NCBI GenBank assembly: GCA_965208125.1
Contig: OZ242320.1
Span: 608,001 to 672,000, forward strand
Source of the DNA: Candidatus Latescibacterota bacterium
GTDB taxonomy: Bacteria; Latescibacterota; UBA2968
DNA length: 64,000 nucleotides
Reading direction: 5' to 3'
Shown: one piece after another, positions 21,032-30,278 of the stretch
Layout: each line of letters begins with the position of its first letter
How positions within the stretch are numbered: position 1 is the stretch's first letter
Notes under the pieces: generated by a model
The model's input: only the letters and a program-made list of their open reading frames with translations
What the model was told of the DNA's origin: nothing
The model's database searches: none
Position numbers and translations under genes: made by a program

Positions 21032-24000
21032 CTACCACTTAATGCGCAAGCTGAATCTCAACTCGCGTGGAGAGTCCCAATAATTGAGAATATCGTTGTT
21101 TTCTGGAGACGCTAAATTCAACGCAACAATATCGGGATTGGTGGGTTCTAATGCCAAGATGCCATATTGTTGATAGCGATCCGTATTGAAATCAATCGGC
21201 AACGTACTCTCATTCTCAGGTCTAACCGAGCGGGTGTCCTGCTGGTTAAACAGATTATAGACCTCAGCTGCCAGAGTCATATTCACACCCGACGTATTGC
21301 CAAATACCTTCTCGGCATTGAGATCTGCACGCGTGTGAATTGGACCATATCTGAAGCCCTGAATACCACCCGTGCTATACGTAAACCGGGAACCCGTGTA
21401 CAGGCGATACACCAGATTGGCGCGAACATTGCCTAAAGCTCTGCCATCAAAAGGACCGTAGTTCGATGGCGTGGCAAACAAGAACGTAATCGAACCAAAG
21501 CTGCGGCGGTCGGCGGTCAGCGGGGTGCGCTCGCCAGATTCCTGGTTGTGCGCCACCGCCAGCGTGCCTTCGCCACTACCCGGATTGCCGGGATGGTTGC
21601 CAGCGCGTTCCCAGTATTCCCTGTCTGCGTCGTCGTAATGGCCCAGACTTGTCTTGGGTTCATCGGCAATAAACTGCGCGCCCTCTGACGAATAGTGAGA
21701 ATACCACGGAATCCACGACCACGCACCACCGGTGCCTGTGAAATTCACGATTCTGGTATGTTGAGTCCGCAAATAAAGATTCGCCTGGTGACCATACTGG
21801 ATGATGTAGTGATCCTCTGGCAATCCTTCACGACGCGCTTTTTCCCGCAATGACACGGGGCTCTCGACACCGGTCGTGGGATCGACATCCCAGGTGTTCC
21901 AGTAGTAACCACTGGCCACAAACTGAGAGTCGGGCCATACATCTCTGCGGTGCGCGCTGTTGCGCCCTTGATCGCCCCACTGCAGGTTGTAGCCCACATT
22001 GAACGAGAACATATTGGAAAACTTCTTGCGCAAATTGATCTCAAAACCGCGAACATCGCGCCAGTTACCCGGCCCATGGCCTTGAACACCCGTCACATAC
22101 TGGTGACCGGCTGGATCAATCCACTGTTGTGAGGCATTTCTGATCTCATTGCCCGACGCCTTGTAATAGGTCGTCAGACCGAGCACATAATCGCCCACGA
22201 AGTTCCAGTCTAAGCCCACCTCAAAAGAAGTGGTTTCTTCGGGCGGCAAATACGGAGTTCCATGTTCTGAACCCGAGTCATTGTATTCGTTGTACTGTTC
22301 GCCGGGGTCAATTATACCATTGCCATTCAGATCCCTATCCACAGCCTCATTAGACGTGAACTCGTTCTGGAACATTTGGTCGAATTGCGGGCGCTGCACA
22401 AACCGACCGTAGAAAAAGCGTATGAGGCTCTTTTCCGTAATCGGGTGCGACACGCCAACGCGGGGCTGGAACGCCTTAATCGAAGGTCCCTTGGTTGTGG
22501 GAATATAGACGGAACGCGTCATGCCATTCCAGGGTGCCTTAGCACCGTACCATGCATCGGTATCTTTGATATAGGTGTTCGGGAAGAAAATCTCGCCCCT
22601 TATGCCCGCATTCACGATCATCCCTTCAAACTCGATCTTGTCCTGAACATAAACGCCAAAATCGAGGGGATTGAGACCTACATTTTCCCCATTCGGCCAG
22701 AATGCCGTATCTTCATAGTTCTTGGAGAACCAGCGGACACGGCGATGCGTGGGACCAGTGGACCATCTTAGCTGATACCAGTTGTCGTAGCGAATTACTT
22801 CCACGCCGGCTTTCACAAAGTTTTGCTTGTTCACCTGGCTGGAAAGGTCCGCCTTAAAGCTCAACCGCTTGTATTCAAAAATACTCCAGTCGGTCGTTTC
22901 GCGATAAATCGTGTAGTATCCTGCCGCGTCCTTTGTGCTCGAAGACGTCAGATTTTCACCTACCACATAGTGAGGATTCAAGCCCATTGTGTCGCGCGTA
23001 GAAGTCGAATAGCCCAGATTCACCTCGTAAAAGGTCTTGGGAGACAGGGAATGCGTCACTGCTGCGTATAACAACGCATCTGTATCGCGGTATTGACCAC
23101 TGGGATTTACAACGTGCAAAAAGATGTTTTTGCCAAAGTCGCGCAAATTCAACCGACCGCCTTCATCTGGATTGGTAAAGCGGTTTTCAGCGCGATTATA
23201 AATCCCGCCCACGCGCAACTTCAAGTTGGGAGATGCGGCAAACGTGAGCTTTGCCGTATTGCGCGTATTCGGGGGGGTCGTCAAATTGGCATCCAAAAGT
23301 GCCGACGGCAGTCTGCGCCAATCTGTACTGGCAAAAAATGTCAGGTCCCGACTCAGTGGACCCGCAATATTGGCACTAATGCGATGTCCCATTTTGCCCG
23401 TGTAGTCCAGACGCTTATGCGCCTGCACCACATCGTTGGCACCATCGCCATTCAGGTCAGCGGGAATCTCGACCTGCTCTGCAACCCAGTCGGGATTATC
23501 CCACTTGTTGTTGCCACGGTGCATGGGCGAATCGTACACATTGGCACCCCAGTGCTTCTGCCCTGCAGGCGTGAACTGATAGTCCAGCATACCACTGTAT
23601 GCTGCGCCACCATCGCGCGTCACCATGGAAACCACACCACCCTGGGCATTGCCATACTCGGCGTTGTAACCACCCGTAATCACCTGAAGTTCCTGAACCG
23701 CACTCTTGTTCACGTTTCGCCCAATGCCCAGGCGAGAACCACTGTGGTCGGTCGTCGAAATGCGAACGCCATCCACTATGTATGCCACATGGTCGCGGTC
23801 GCCGCCGCGGATCATGATCTCATTACCATCGGCATCGATTGAAACACCAGCCTGAAGCTCGATGAACTCACCCATGTCGCGCACGATGGGCACGGCATCG
23901 AGCTCTTCGGAACTCATAATATACTTACTCGTCGTCTTATCTGGCTCAACGGGCGGACGCTCGGCAATAACCGTGATTTCACCCAATTCCAGAGCTGCCT

Positions 24001-24322
24001 CTCGAATCTGGAAATCAACCGTCGTCGTCAAGTCAGTTTGAACCCTGATGTCGGTCTGACGCTGGGCATCATAACCCACTAATGAGGCCGTCATCGAATA
24101 CGTGCCGGGATCGACGAGCAAAATGACAAAAAACCCATCGGTATCGGTGACAGCGCCGCGCTGTGTGCCATCAATGACAACATTGGCACCTGGCACGACC
24201 TCACCAGTCTGCGCGTCCCGCACTGTTCCCTGCAATTTTCCCGTTGTTGCGGCATAAGAAGTACCTGCGCCAACGAGCAAAGACAGTGCAACTATTGAGA
24301 ATGTCTTCAATAACTTATGCAT
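21032..24322 (-). CDS. TonB-dependent receptor with N-terminal carboxypeptidase-regulatory-like domain
   Basis: TGKLQGTV.D..TGE..PGANV, plug motif VQELQVITGGYNAEYGNAQGGVV, PRVGVSHPIT, YNLFN, terminal Trp; GGAGG RBS. Confidence 0.92.
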   Translation of the reverse strand: MHKLLKTFSIVALSLLVGAGTSYAATTGKLQGTVRDAQTGEVVPGANVVIDGTQRGAVTDTDGFFVILLVDPGTYSMTASLVGYDAQRQTDIRVQTDLTTTVDFQIREAALELGEITVIAERPPVEPDKTTSKYIMSSEELDAVPIVRDMGEFIELQAGVSIDADGNEIMIRGGDRDHVAYIVDGVRISTTDHSGSRLGIGRNVNKSAVQELQVITGGYNAEYGNAQGGVVSMVTRDGGAAYSGMLDYQFTPAGQKHWGANVYDSPMHRGNNKWDNPDWVAEQVEIPADLNGDGANDVVQAHKRLDYTGKMGHRISANIAGPLSRDLTFFASTDWRRLPSALLDANLTTPPNTRNTAKLTFAASPNLKLRVGGIYNRAENRFTNPDEGGRLNLRDFGKNIFLHVVNPSGQYRDTDALLYAAVTHSLSPKTFYEVNLGYSTSTRDTMGLNPHYVVGENLTSSSTKDAAGYYTIYRETTDWSIFEYKRLSFKADLSSQVNKQNFVKAGVEVIRYDNWYQLRWSTGPTHRRVRWFSKNYEDTAFWPNGENVGLNPLDFGVYVQDKIEFEGMIVNAGIRGEIFFPNTYIKDTDAWYGAKAPWNGMTRSVYIPTTKGPSIKAFQPRVGVSHPITEKSLIRFFYGRFVQRPQFDQMFQNEFTSNEAVDRDLNGNGIIDPGEQYNEYNDSGSEHGTPYLPPEETTSFEVGLDWNFVGDYVLGLTTYYKASGNEIRNASQQWIDPAGHQYVTGVQGHGPGNWRDVRGFEINLRKKFSNMFSFNVGYNLQWGDQGRNSAHRRDVWPDSQFVASGYYWNTWDVDPTTGVESPVSLREKARREGLPEDHYIIQYGHQANLYLRTQHTRIVNFTGTGGAWSWIPWYSHYSSEGAQFIADEPKTSLGHYDDADREYWERAGNHPGNPGSGEGTLAVAHNQESGERTPLTADRRSFGSITFLFATPSNYGPFDGRALGNVRANLVYRLYTGSRFTYSTGGIQGFRYGPIHTRADLNAEKVFGNTSGVNMTLAAEVYNLFNQQDTRSVRPENESTLPIDFNTDRYQQYGILALEPTNPDIVALNLASPENNDILNYWDSPRELRFSLRIKW

Positions 24323-24337
24323 CAACTTTTACCTCCT

Positions 24338-25111
24338 TTAGTCCCAAAAATAAAACTTGAACCCGGCACTCAGATCAAACATCTGAAGCGGGAAAGCCTT
24401 GTTCAGGCCCCACGCATCGTAAGGGCGGAGTTCGCCGAGAATAAAATGATACCGCGCACGCACATCCAGCGCAATCGTCTGCGTCAAATGCGCTTCCAAC
24501 CCCAATCCCAAAACTGCGGTCACGGCTGTACGCGTATCTTCCTGGCGGTCCATCACCACCTGGGGCAATATATCGCCCTGAGCATCCACATGCGTCGCAT
24601 CTATACCGCTGGCATCGGTCGGGCTCTGCCCCGGCCACACGATATTTTCCGCTACGGTCTTGTGATCGTACAAACCGCCACCCGCAACGATATAGGGCGA
24701 AAAACTCCCCTCATCCATTGAGCGCTCCGCATTGAAAAACCACAACCCGGACATCAACACGCTATTAAAGCGATTCGTATATGCACTATTCGGGTTGATA
24801 TCTTTGCTGCTGTATTGCTTGGCTGTCAAAGCCTTGGGGGACCAGGTAAATTCACCGTTCTCCAGGACGCCACCATCCATATTGGCGTGGTGATACTCGG
24901 CTTCAATAGTCAGACGAGAGCTACTCACGCGACTGGCAGTAATCCCCCATTTGTTTACGCCACCGCCAAATCGATCACCAAAGGTGAACACGGGATTCGT
25001 ATAGCTGACGAAACCGCCCAAACCCCATTTGCCGGCAACCTGAGCCGAAGACATGCTTGCCGAAGCCAAAACACCTGCGACGACAAAACCTAAAACTTTA
25101 AACCATCTCAA
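24338..25111 (-). CDS. Small outer-membrane beta-barrel (OmpA/OmpW-like membrane domain)
   Basis: TTG start with AAGGAGG; signal peptide; SPYIVAGGGLY, LGLGLE, LSAGFKFYF. Confidence 0.75.
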   Translation of the reverse strand: MRWFKVLGFVVAGVLASASMSSAQVAGKWGLGGFVSYTNPVFTFGDRFGGGVNKWGITASRVSSSRLTIEAEYHHANMDGGVLENGEFTWSPKALTAKQYSSKDINPNSAYTNRFNSVLMSGLWFFNAERSMDEGSFSPYIVAGGGLYDHKTVAENIVWPGQSPTDASGIDATHVDAQGDILPQVVMDRQEDTRTAVTAVLGLGLEAHLTQTIALDVRARYHFILGELRPYDAWGLNKAFPLQMFDLSAGFKFYFWD

Positions 25112-25350
25112 AGTGCTACCTCCTTTCGCAAACTGCGAAAAATGAACGACTTAACAACTTTACTATATGCAACGCAAAACAAATCTATCTCTATTCATCA
25201 CCTCCTTTTGTTTGTTATCAAATCTGAAACATACAATACAAAAATAGCCATCAAGACATAACAGATTGAAACTTTGTTTCAAAAATATTTCCAAAAATTC
25301 AACTTAATGTAAAAAAAATATATATGATATGCAACTCATTTTTTTAGTAG

Positions 25351-26559
25351 TTAGCGACCACTTACATTTTTCTCTAACCGCAACCTCTTTGCCTCTGTGC
25401 GGATCTTATCCATCTCCATCTTCATCCGCACAATGCCCTCCCAATGCGTATAATCTGGCGAATGGTGATACGCCGCCTTAAATGTAGTCGCGTGATAAAA
25501 CTTGAACAACCTGAAAAACGCCTGCTCAATCTCCGATGTATTTTCGTACAACTGCTGCCCACCCAGTTCAAAAGCGTGTCCAACCACTGGATTGGCCGGA
25601 CGGTCTTCGGGCATGGGATCCAGCGCGTTTTCATCGTACAATGCCTTAATCACCGCATAAGACTCCGCAACCAGCGCGTCTGCCTCGCGCTTAATCGCAT
25701 CTGCGCGCTCCAGACTCTCGCGAGAAAATCGATTGGAATGGCACGGCGCACACACCTGCAACATCGCATTTCGATTCGCTTCAAACTCCTCTTTGGTCAA
25801 ACGTTTCATCGCCAGATGCGGCAAAAAATCCTCCTCGAGCACTGCCCCCGTAAACACCGCACCCAACCCGATATTTGCCACATGCCCGTGATCGCCATTG
25901 GGCATGTGGCACGTCACGCAACTCGGCGACTTCTCGGCATCTCTATCCGCATAATACAAAACCCCGTGAATACTCGTCTTATACGCCTCCATCACCGGAT
26001 GGTCCGGACCGCCGTGACAAACGGCACACGCCTCTGGCTCTCGCGCAAGCGCCGCGCTAAATTCATGACTCGGATGACAGGTGTTGCACCCCCCCACGCT
26101 GCCATCGGCAAACCGCGCGCCAATGCTGTGGCACCCCATACACCCCTCTTCTTGCATCGCGCGCGACTGCGCCAAAAAACGCGCATCCGACAACGCGGCC
26201 AATTCCGCATCGGCATGTCCGCTCTCTGCAAATGCCTCGACCTCTTCTGCGTGGCATTTACCACACATACCAGCCGATACCTGTCCCCGAACAGCAAAAA
26301 CCGTCTCGTGGTTTTCACCGTGACAATCCGCACACCCCACATTGGCTCGAAAATGGGCACTCTCGCGCCACTGTTTATCCATGCCCGGATCGATATTCCG
26401 ATGGCACCCTTCGCACGACTGGTCACTCTGAATACGCAACAAAAAACCCGGATGTGCAACAAACTGAACCGCCTCCTCCGGCTGCAACACGTAAAACACA
26501 CCCCAGACGCAACCCAGAGCCAGCACACCAACGCCAACAATTTTCATCCAGAGCTTCAC
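25351..26559 (-). CDS. HAO-family octaheme cytochrome c
   Basis: Eight CxxCH (CEGCH, CADCH, CGKCH, CMGCH, CNTCH, CAVCH, CVTCH, CAPCH), GPDHP..EAY..S.HG, H.SPDYTHWEG; N-terminal anchor. Confidence 0.85.
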   Translation of the reverse strand: MKLWMKIVGVGVLALGCVWGVFYVLQPEEAVQFVAHPGFLLRIQSDQSCEGCHRNIDPGMDKQWRESAHFRANVGCADCHGENHETVFAVRGQVSAGMCGKCHAEEVEAFAESGHADAELAALSDARFLAQSRAMQEEGCMGCHSIGARFADGSVGGCNTCHPSHEFSAALAREPEACAVCHGGPDHPVMEAYKTSIHGVLYYADRDAEKSPSCVTCHMPNGDHGHVANIGLGAVFTGAVLEEDFLPHLAMKRLTKEEFEANRNAMLQVCAPCHSNRFSRESLERADAIKREADALVAESYAVIKALYDENALDPMPEDRPANPVVGHAFELGGQQLYENTSEIEQAFFRLFKFYHATTFKAAYHHSPDYTHWEGIVRMKMEMDKIRTEAKRLRLEKNVSGR

Positions 26560-29315
26560 AATTCACGCCCCCCCAATCCTCGCAACAAATCGCGCGCCTG
26601 CACATTGCCCGGCTCGCGCGCAATCACACGCCGCAAAACCGCAATCGCACTATCTCGCTGCCCGCTTATGGCATAAGCCTGTCCCATAAAAAACTCCAAC
26701 CCCTGCGCTTCTGGCTCCAGCACCCACGCCTGCCGATACACAGACAGCGCACCTTCTAAATCGCCGCGCTCCTGTAAAACCGTACCCAACACCGTAAGCG
26801 CGGGCACATAAAAAGGATCGACAATCAATGCATCCAGCAGGTGGGATTCCGCTGCCTCCAAATCGCCCAGATCAGCGCGAATAAGCCCCTGCATCGCATA
26901 CACATCAGCGCGATTGGCATGATATTTTTTCGCAACCTCAAAATGCGGCAACGCATCTGCGAGCGCGCCCTGCACATAGACGCGGTGCCCAGCGGCAAAA
27001 GCCGAATCCGACTTTGCAATCATCACATCCCGCGCCCGCCCGCTCAACCCAAATAATCCCGTACCCGCATCCTCCATTTCCAACGCCCTGCGGTATGCCG
27101 CGCGTGCCAATGCCCAATCGCCCGACAGCGCGTGTACAGTCCCTTTTTCCACCCAATCGCCTATCGGCATCTCATCCCAGTCATAATCATCTCGCACCTC
27201 GCCATCCCCAGCCGAAAACGCCAACAACGCGAGTTGTCGAATCGCCGGTTTGTATCCCGGCGCAACCGCAAGTGCGCGGCGATAGGCTTCAATAGCACCT
27301 GCGCGATCCCCACTGCCCCATCGCGCATTGCCCACAGCAGTATGCAAAACGGGCGAACCATCGCGCACATCGTCAAAAGTGGCATCTGCATAGCGCCCGT
27401 GGTGCAATAGCAATGCACCTGTGCGCAACCGGGAAATCAAATCGCTCTTTCCATTCAGCAACTCCCTCATCACCTCAAAACGCTTCTGTTTTCCCTCCAA
27501 TCGCGCCAGATCTGTCGCGGTCTCCGGATGCCGGGGGTCTAACTTTGCCACAATCTCAAATTCTCGCCTCGCATCTTCAAAAAATCCCTGTGCCTCATAC
27601 ACCTGTCCCAAACTCTCGTGAAAGCCCGGATCGTCGCCCTGCACGCCATACACCACATCGCGATGCTCCTCAAGCGCCTTGCGAAACGCATCGCCCACGG
27701 CAGAACCATCTGGCAAATAGCCAATATCCATCAGCGCGAACGGCGCTTGCACCCGCACAATACGCGCCGAATCGGACAACGCATCCAAAAGCGCGGGCAA
27801 ACCGCGCACATCGCCCAAACGCCCCAGCGAAATCGCCGCTTTCATCCGCACCATCGCATGTGAATCACCCATCGCCTCAACCAGCGCTGGCACCGCACGC
27901 GCATCCCCCAAACCGCCCAGCAAAGACGCAGCCGTTGCGCGCCACACCGCACTCTCGCGCCCATCGTTTACCAGCTTCATCAGCGACGTTGCACCACCGC
28001 CCTTTTGCCCATCGGCAATCGCCGTTGTACGCGCCACAATCTCGTCCTGATAATCGCCATACCACTGCTTTGCCCACGACGAAGCCCACTGCGGGGACTT
28101 ATCGCCGTGACACTGATTGCACGCATTGGGCACGCCATTGACCACCGTATTTTCCGGCGCAGGAGACGCAATGCGGTGATCCGTCAGATTTTCCCCCGTC
28201 ACATAGTGATACGGCATGTGACATTGCACGCATTGATTGCCCACACTGCCCGCGCGGTGATGCCCATGCGCGACCGGATCGGCTGCGATATCACCATGAC
28301 ACGTCTCGCACAGCTCCACGCCATTTCGATCCGCCACCAGATCGACATCGCGCGCTGTTCCGTGCGCATCGTGACACGTCGTACACGTCAACTCGCCCTG
28401 GATATAACACGCACTCATCAAATGCAATGCCGCGGGATACAAATAAACTCGGGGCTGTCCATCGGGATAGAAGATCGCCGCGTCATCTGGCAACACAAGA
28501 GAATAATAATCGTAAAAATTCTCCCCCGGCAAATACCCGGTTGCCACAATCTCCTTGGCAGCATGGCACTGTGCACACACCTCAACAGACCGCTCCTTAT
28601 CCAGCGTCCGCAATGCCAACAAATGCAGTGGTGCACCGACCTGCCCGCGCGTCTCATCGTGTTTGCCCGACGGCCCATGGCACGCCTCGCAATCAATACT
28701 CAGACTCCCCACAGTTGTGCGATAAGTATGGGTAGGCACATCGTAATGCTTTTGCACCCGGCTGGCATGGCAATCAAAACAGTGAAAATTCCAGGTGCGC
28801 CCCGCATTCGTCCAATAATAATAATCTTCTCTCGCCAGAGGCCGCGACTGTTCCACCACACCTCCTTCTTGTGCATCGACCCAATCATTTGTCGCACCAT
28901 CGTGATACAGGGGCAACACCTGCCATCGCCCATCGGGAAAAGCCGTCAAATAAGCCTGATGCTGTCGCTTGCCAATCGCGTAATCCACGCGATATGTCCC
29001 CACTCGCCCATCCTCATCCTCAGTCTCCATATAATACGCACCACCCCTGCGCAACATACGCGAACGCACCCCGCCATACACATGGGACACATTGTCAAAA
29101 TCGCCCACAATCGTCGAATCACCCGGCACAGTCATAGCGACACTGTGCAAACTCTGTCGCCACTCGGCATACTTATCGGTATGGCAGATCGCGCACCGTT
29201 CCAACCCCGTAAACCCCGGCTCAGAAGCACGCACCAAATTCGGCACCTCGCGTTCTCGACTGCACGACGCGAATACCAGAATCATCCATAAAATGTGAAA
29301 TTTTCCGCACCGCAT
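26556..29315 (-). CDS. Multiheme (8x CxxCH, c554-like) cytochrome with HEAT and TPR repeats, probable lipoprotein
   Basis: CAICH, CFDCH, CEACH, CAQCH, CTTCH, CETCH, CVQCH, CNQCH; HEAT repeats (VR..AA..LG.LGD); C-terminal TPRs; LVFASC lipobox-like; start uncertain. Confidence 0.85.
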   Translation of the reverse strand: MRCGKFHILWMILVFASCSREREVPNLVRASEPGFTGLERCAICHTDKYAEWRQSLHSVAMTVPGDSTIVGDFDNVSHVYGGVRSRMLRRGGAYYMETEDEDGRVGTYRVDYAIGKRQHQAYLTAFPDGRWQVLPLYHDGATNDWVDAQEGGVVEQSRPLAREDYYYWTNAGRTWNFHCFDCHASRVQKHYDVPTHTYRTTVGSLSIDCEACHGPSGKHDETRGQVGAPLHLLALRTLDKERSVEVCAQCHAAKEIVATGYLPGENFYDYYSLVLPDDAAIFYPDGQPRVYLYPAALHLMSACYIQGELTCTTCHDAHGTARDVDLVADRNGVELCETCHGDIAADPVAHGHHRAGSVGNQCVQCHMPYHYVTGENLTDHRIASPAPENTVVNGVPNACNQCHGDKSPQWASSWAKQWYGDYQDEIVARTTAIADGQKGGGATSLMKLVNDGRESAVWRATAASLLGGLGDARAVPALVEAMGDSHAMVRMKAAISLGRLGDVRGLPALLDALSDSARIVRVQAPFALMDIGYLPDGSAVGDAFRKALEEHRDVVYGVQGDDPGFHESLGQVYEAQGFFEDARREFEIVAKLDPRHPETATDLARLEGKQKRFEVMRELLNGKSDLISRLRTGALLLHHGRYADATFDDVRDGSPVLHTAVGNARWGSGDRAGAIEAYRRALAVAPGYKPAIRQLALLAFSAGDGEVRDDYDWDEMPIGDWVEKGTVHALSGDWALARAAYRRALEMEDAGTGLFGLSGRARDVMIAKSDSAFAAGHRVYVQGALADALPHFEVAKKYHANRADVYAMQGLIRADLGDLEAAESHLLDALIVDPFYVPALTVLGTVLQERGDLEGALSVYRQAWVLEPEAQGLEFFMGQAYAISGQRDSAIAVLRRVIAREPGNVQARDLLRGLGGREL

Positions 29316-29408
29316 AACATGTCCTGTTAATGCGCTAATTAAAATATACAAACCGTCATCCCTACAAGAGCAACGGCCACCAATGCGATGACAATAGCAG
29401 TGTCGCGA

Positions 29409-30278
29409 CTAACGCGCCTGAACCTCTCCCCTCGCACACCGAAACCCAATGTGGGCAAATATTTCATAGGTATCAAAATCGTCGCGCGACATAGCCTGTT
29501 CTTCCATAATTAAAACCGTACTCCGCACAAATACGCGGATACTGGGTTGTGGTGAAAACCAGCTCCCGCCGCGCAACGTGCGATCTGGCCCATCTTCCAT
29601 ACCTGAATTTTGCAAATTCACCGGATTGTGCCTGGGACTATTTGCGTAATACGTATGCTGATATTCATCCCGCGTCCACTCCCACACATTACCCGCCATA
29701 TCCATCGCGCCATAAGGACTTGCACCATCCGGATAGCTACCCACAGGCATGGGACCCGAAATAGAATTGAAATTGCACAGCGATGTATTCGCAGGCTCAT
29801 TGCCCCAGGGGAACACGCGCCCATCCGTGCCTGCAGCGGCCAACTCCCATTGCGCTTCGCTCGGCAATTGCAAACCCGCCCACTGACAATAATCCCGCGC
29901 CTGAGACCACAAAACTCCCACCGCTGGCTGACTGGGTTGGTCAAATCCCTCTACTCGAAAGTACTGCGGAGGTTCACTTCCCGTGGCCTCCACATAAGCC
30001 AAATACTGCGCATTGGTCACCTCGTATTTATCGATATAAAATGCGTCGAGCATCACCTCGTGTGGCGGGCGCTCATTGGTAGGGCCATCGCTCGAACCCA
30101 TCGTAAAGGTGCTGACCGGAACAAAAACTTGCACATGCTCTGTGCCCGCAGGCGTGGTCACAACAGATTCTTCAATCACATATTCTGGATCCGTCACTTT
30201 GCCACAAGCCATGGTCAATACAAGTCCCAAAACGCCGAATCGATAAATCGTTTTTGGTATCATGACGTACCCCATCAT
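29409..30278 (-). CDS. FGE/SUMF1-family (NirV/PvdO-like) lipoprotein
   Basis: FTMGS, P.HEV.L..FYIDKYEVTN, LPSEAQWE.AA, DMAGNVWEW, RGGSW, IGFRCA; LTMAC lipobox; ATG overlaps the YcaO stop. Confidence 0.88.
   Translation of the reverse strand: MMGYVMIPKTIYRFGVLGLVLTMACGKVTDPEYVIEESVVTTPAGTEHVQVFVPVSTFTMGSSDGPTNERPPHEVMLDAFYIDKYEVTNAQYLAYVEATGSEPPQYFRVEGFDQPSQPAVGVLWSQARDYCQWAGLQLPSEAQWELAAAGTDGRVFPWGNEPANTSLCNFNSISGPMPVGSYPDGASPYGAMDMAGNVWEWTRDEYQHTYYANSPRHNPVNLQNSGMEDGPDRTLRGGSWFSPQPSIRVFVRSTVLIMEEQAMSRDDFDTYEIFAHIGFRCARGEVQAR

Noticed and set aside
25163-25210. Micro-ORF MNRDRFVLRCI behind AAGGAGGTG as a leader or YcaO precursor peptide
   Set aside because: ATG is only 2 nt from GGAGG and the peptide has no leader/core character; not supportable
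25351-26559. Evidence for ammonia oxidation or anammox
   Set aside because: No amo or hzs genes in the window and the cross-link Tyr appears absent
29409-30278. Sulfatase-activating FGE for the two sulfatases
   Set aside because: Lacks the catalytic Cys pair and is a lipoprotein, while the sulfatases lack signal peptides
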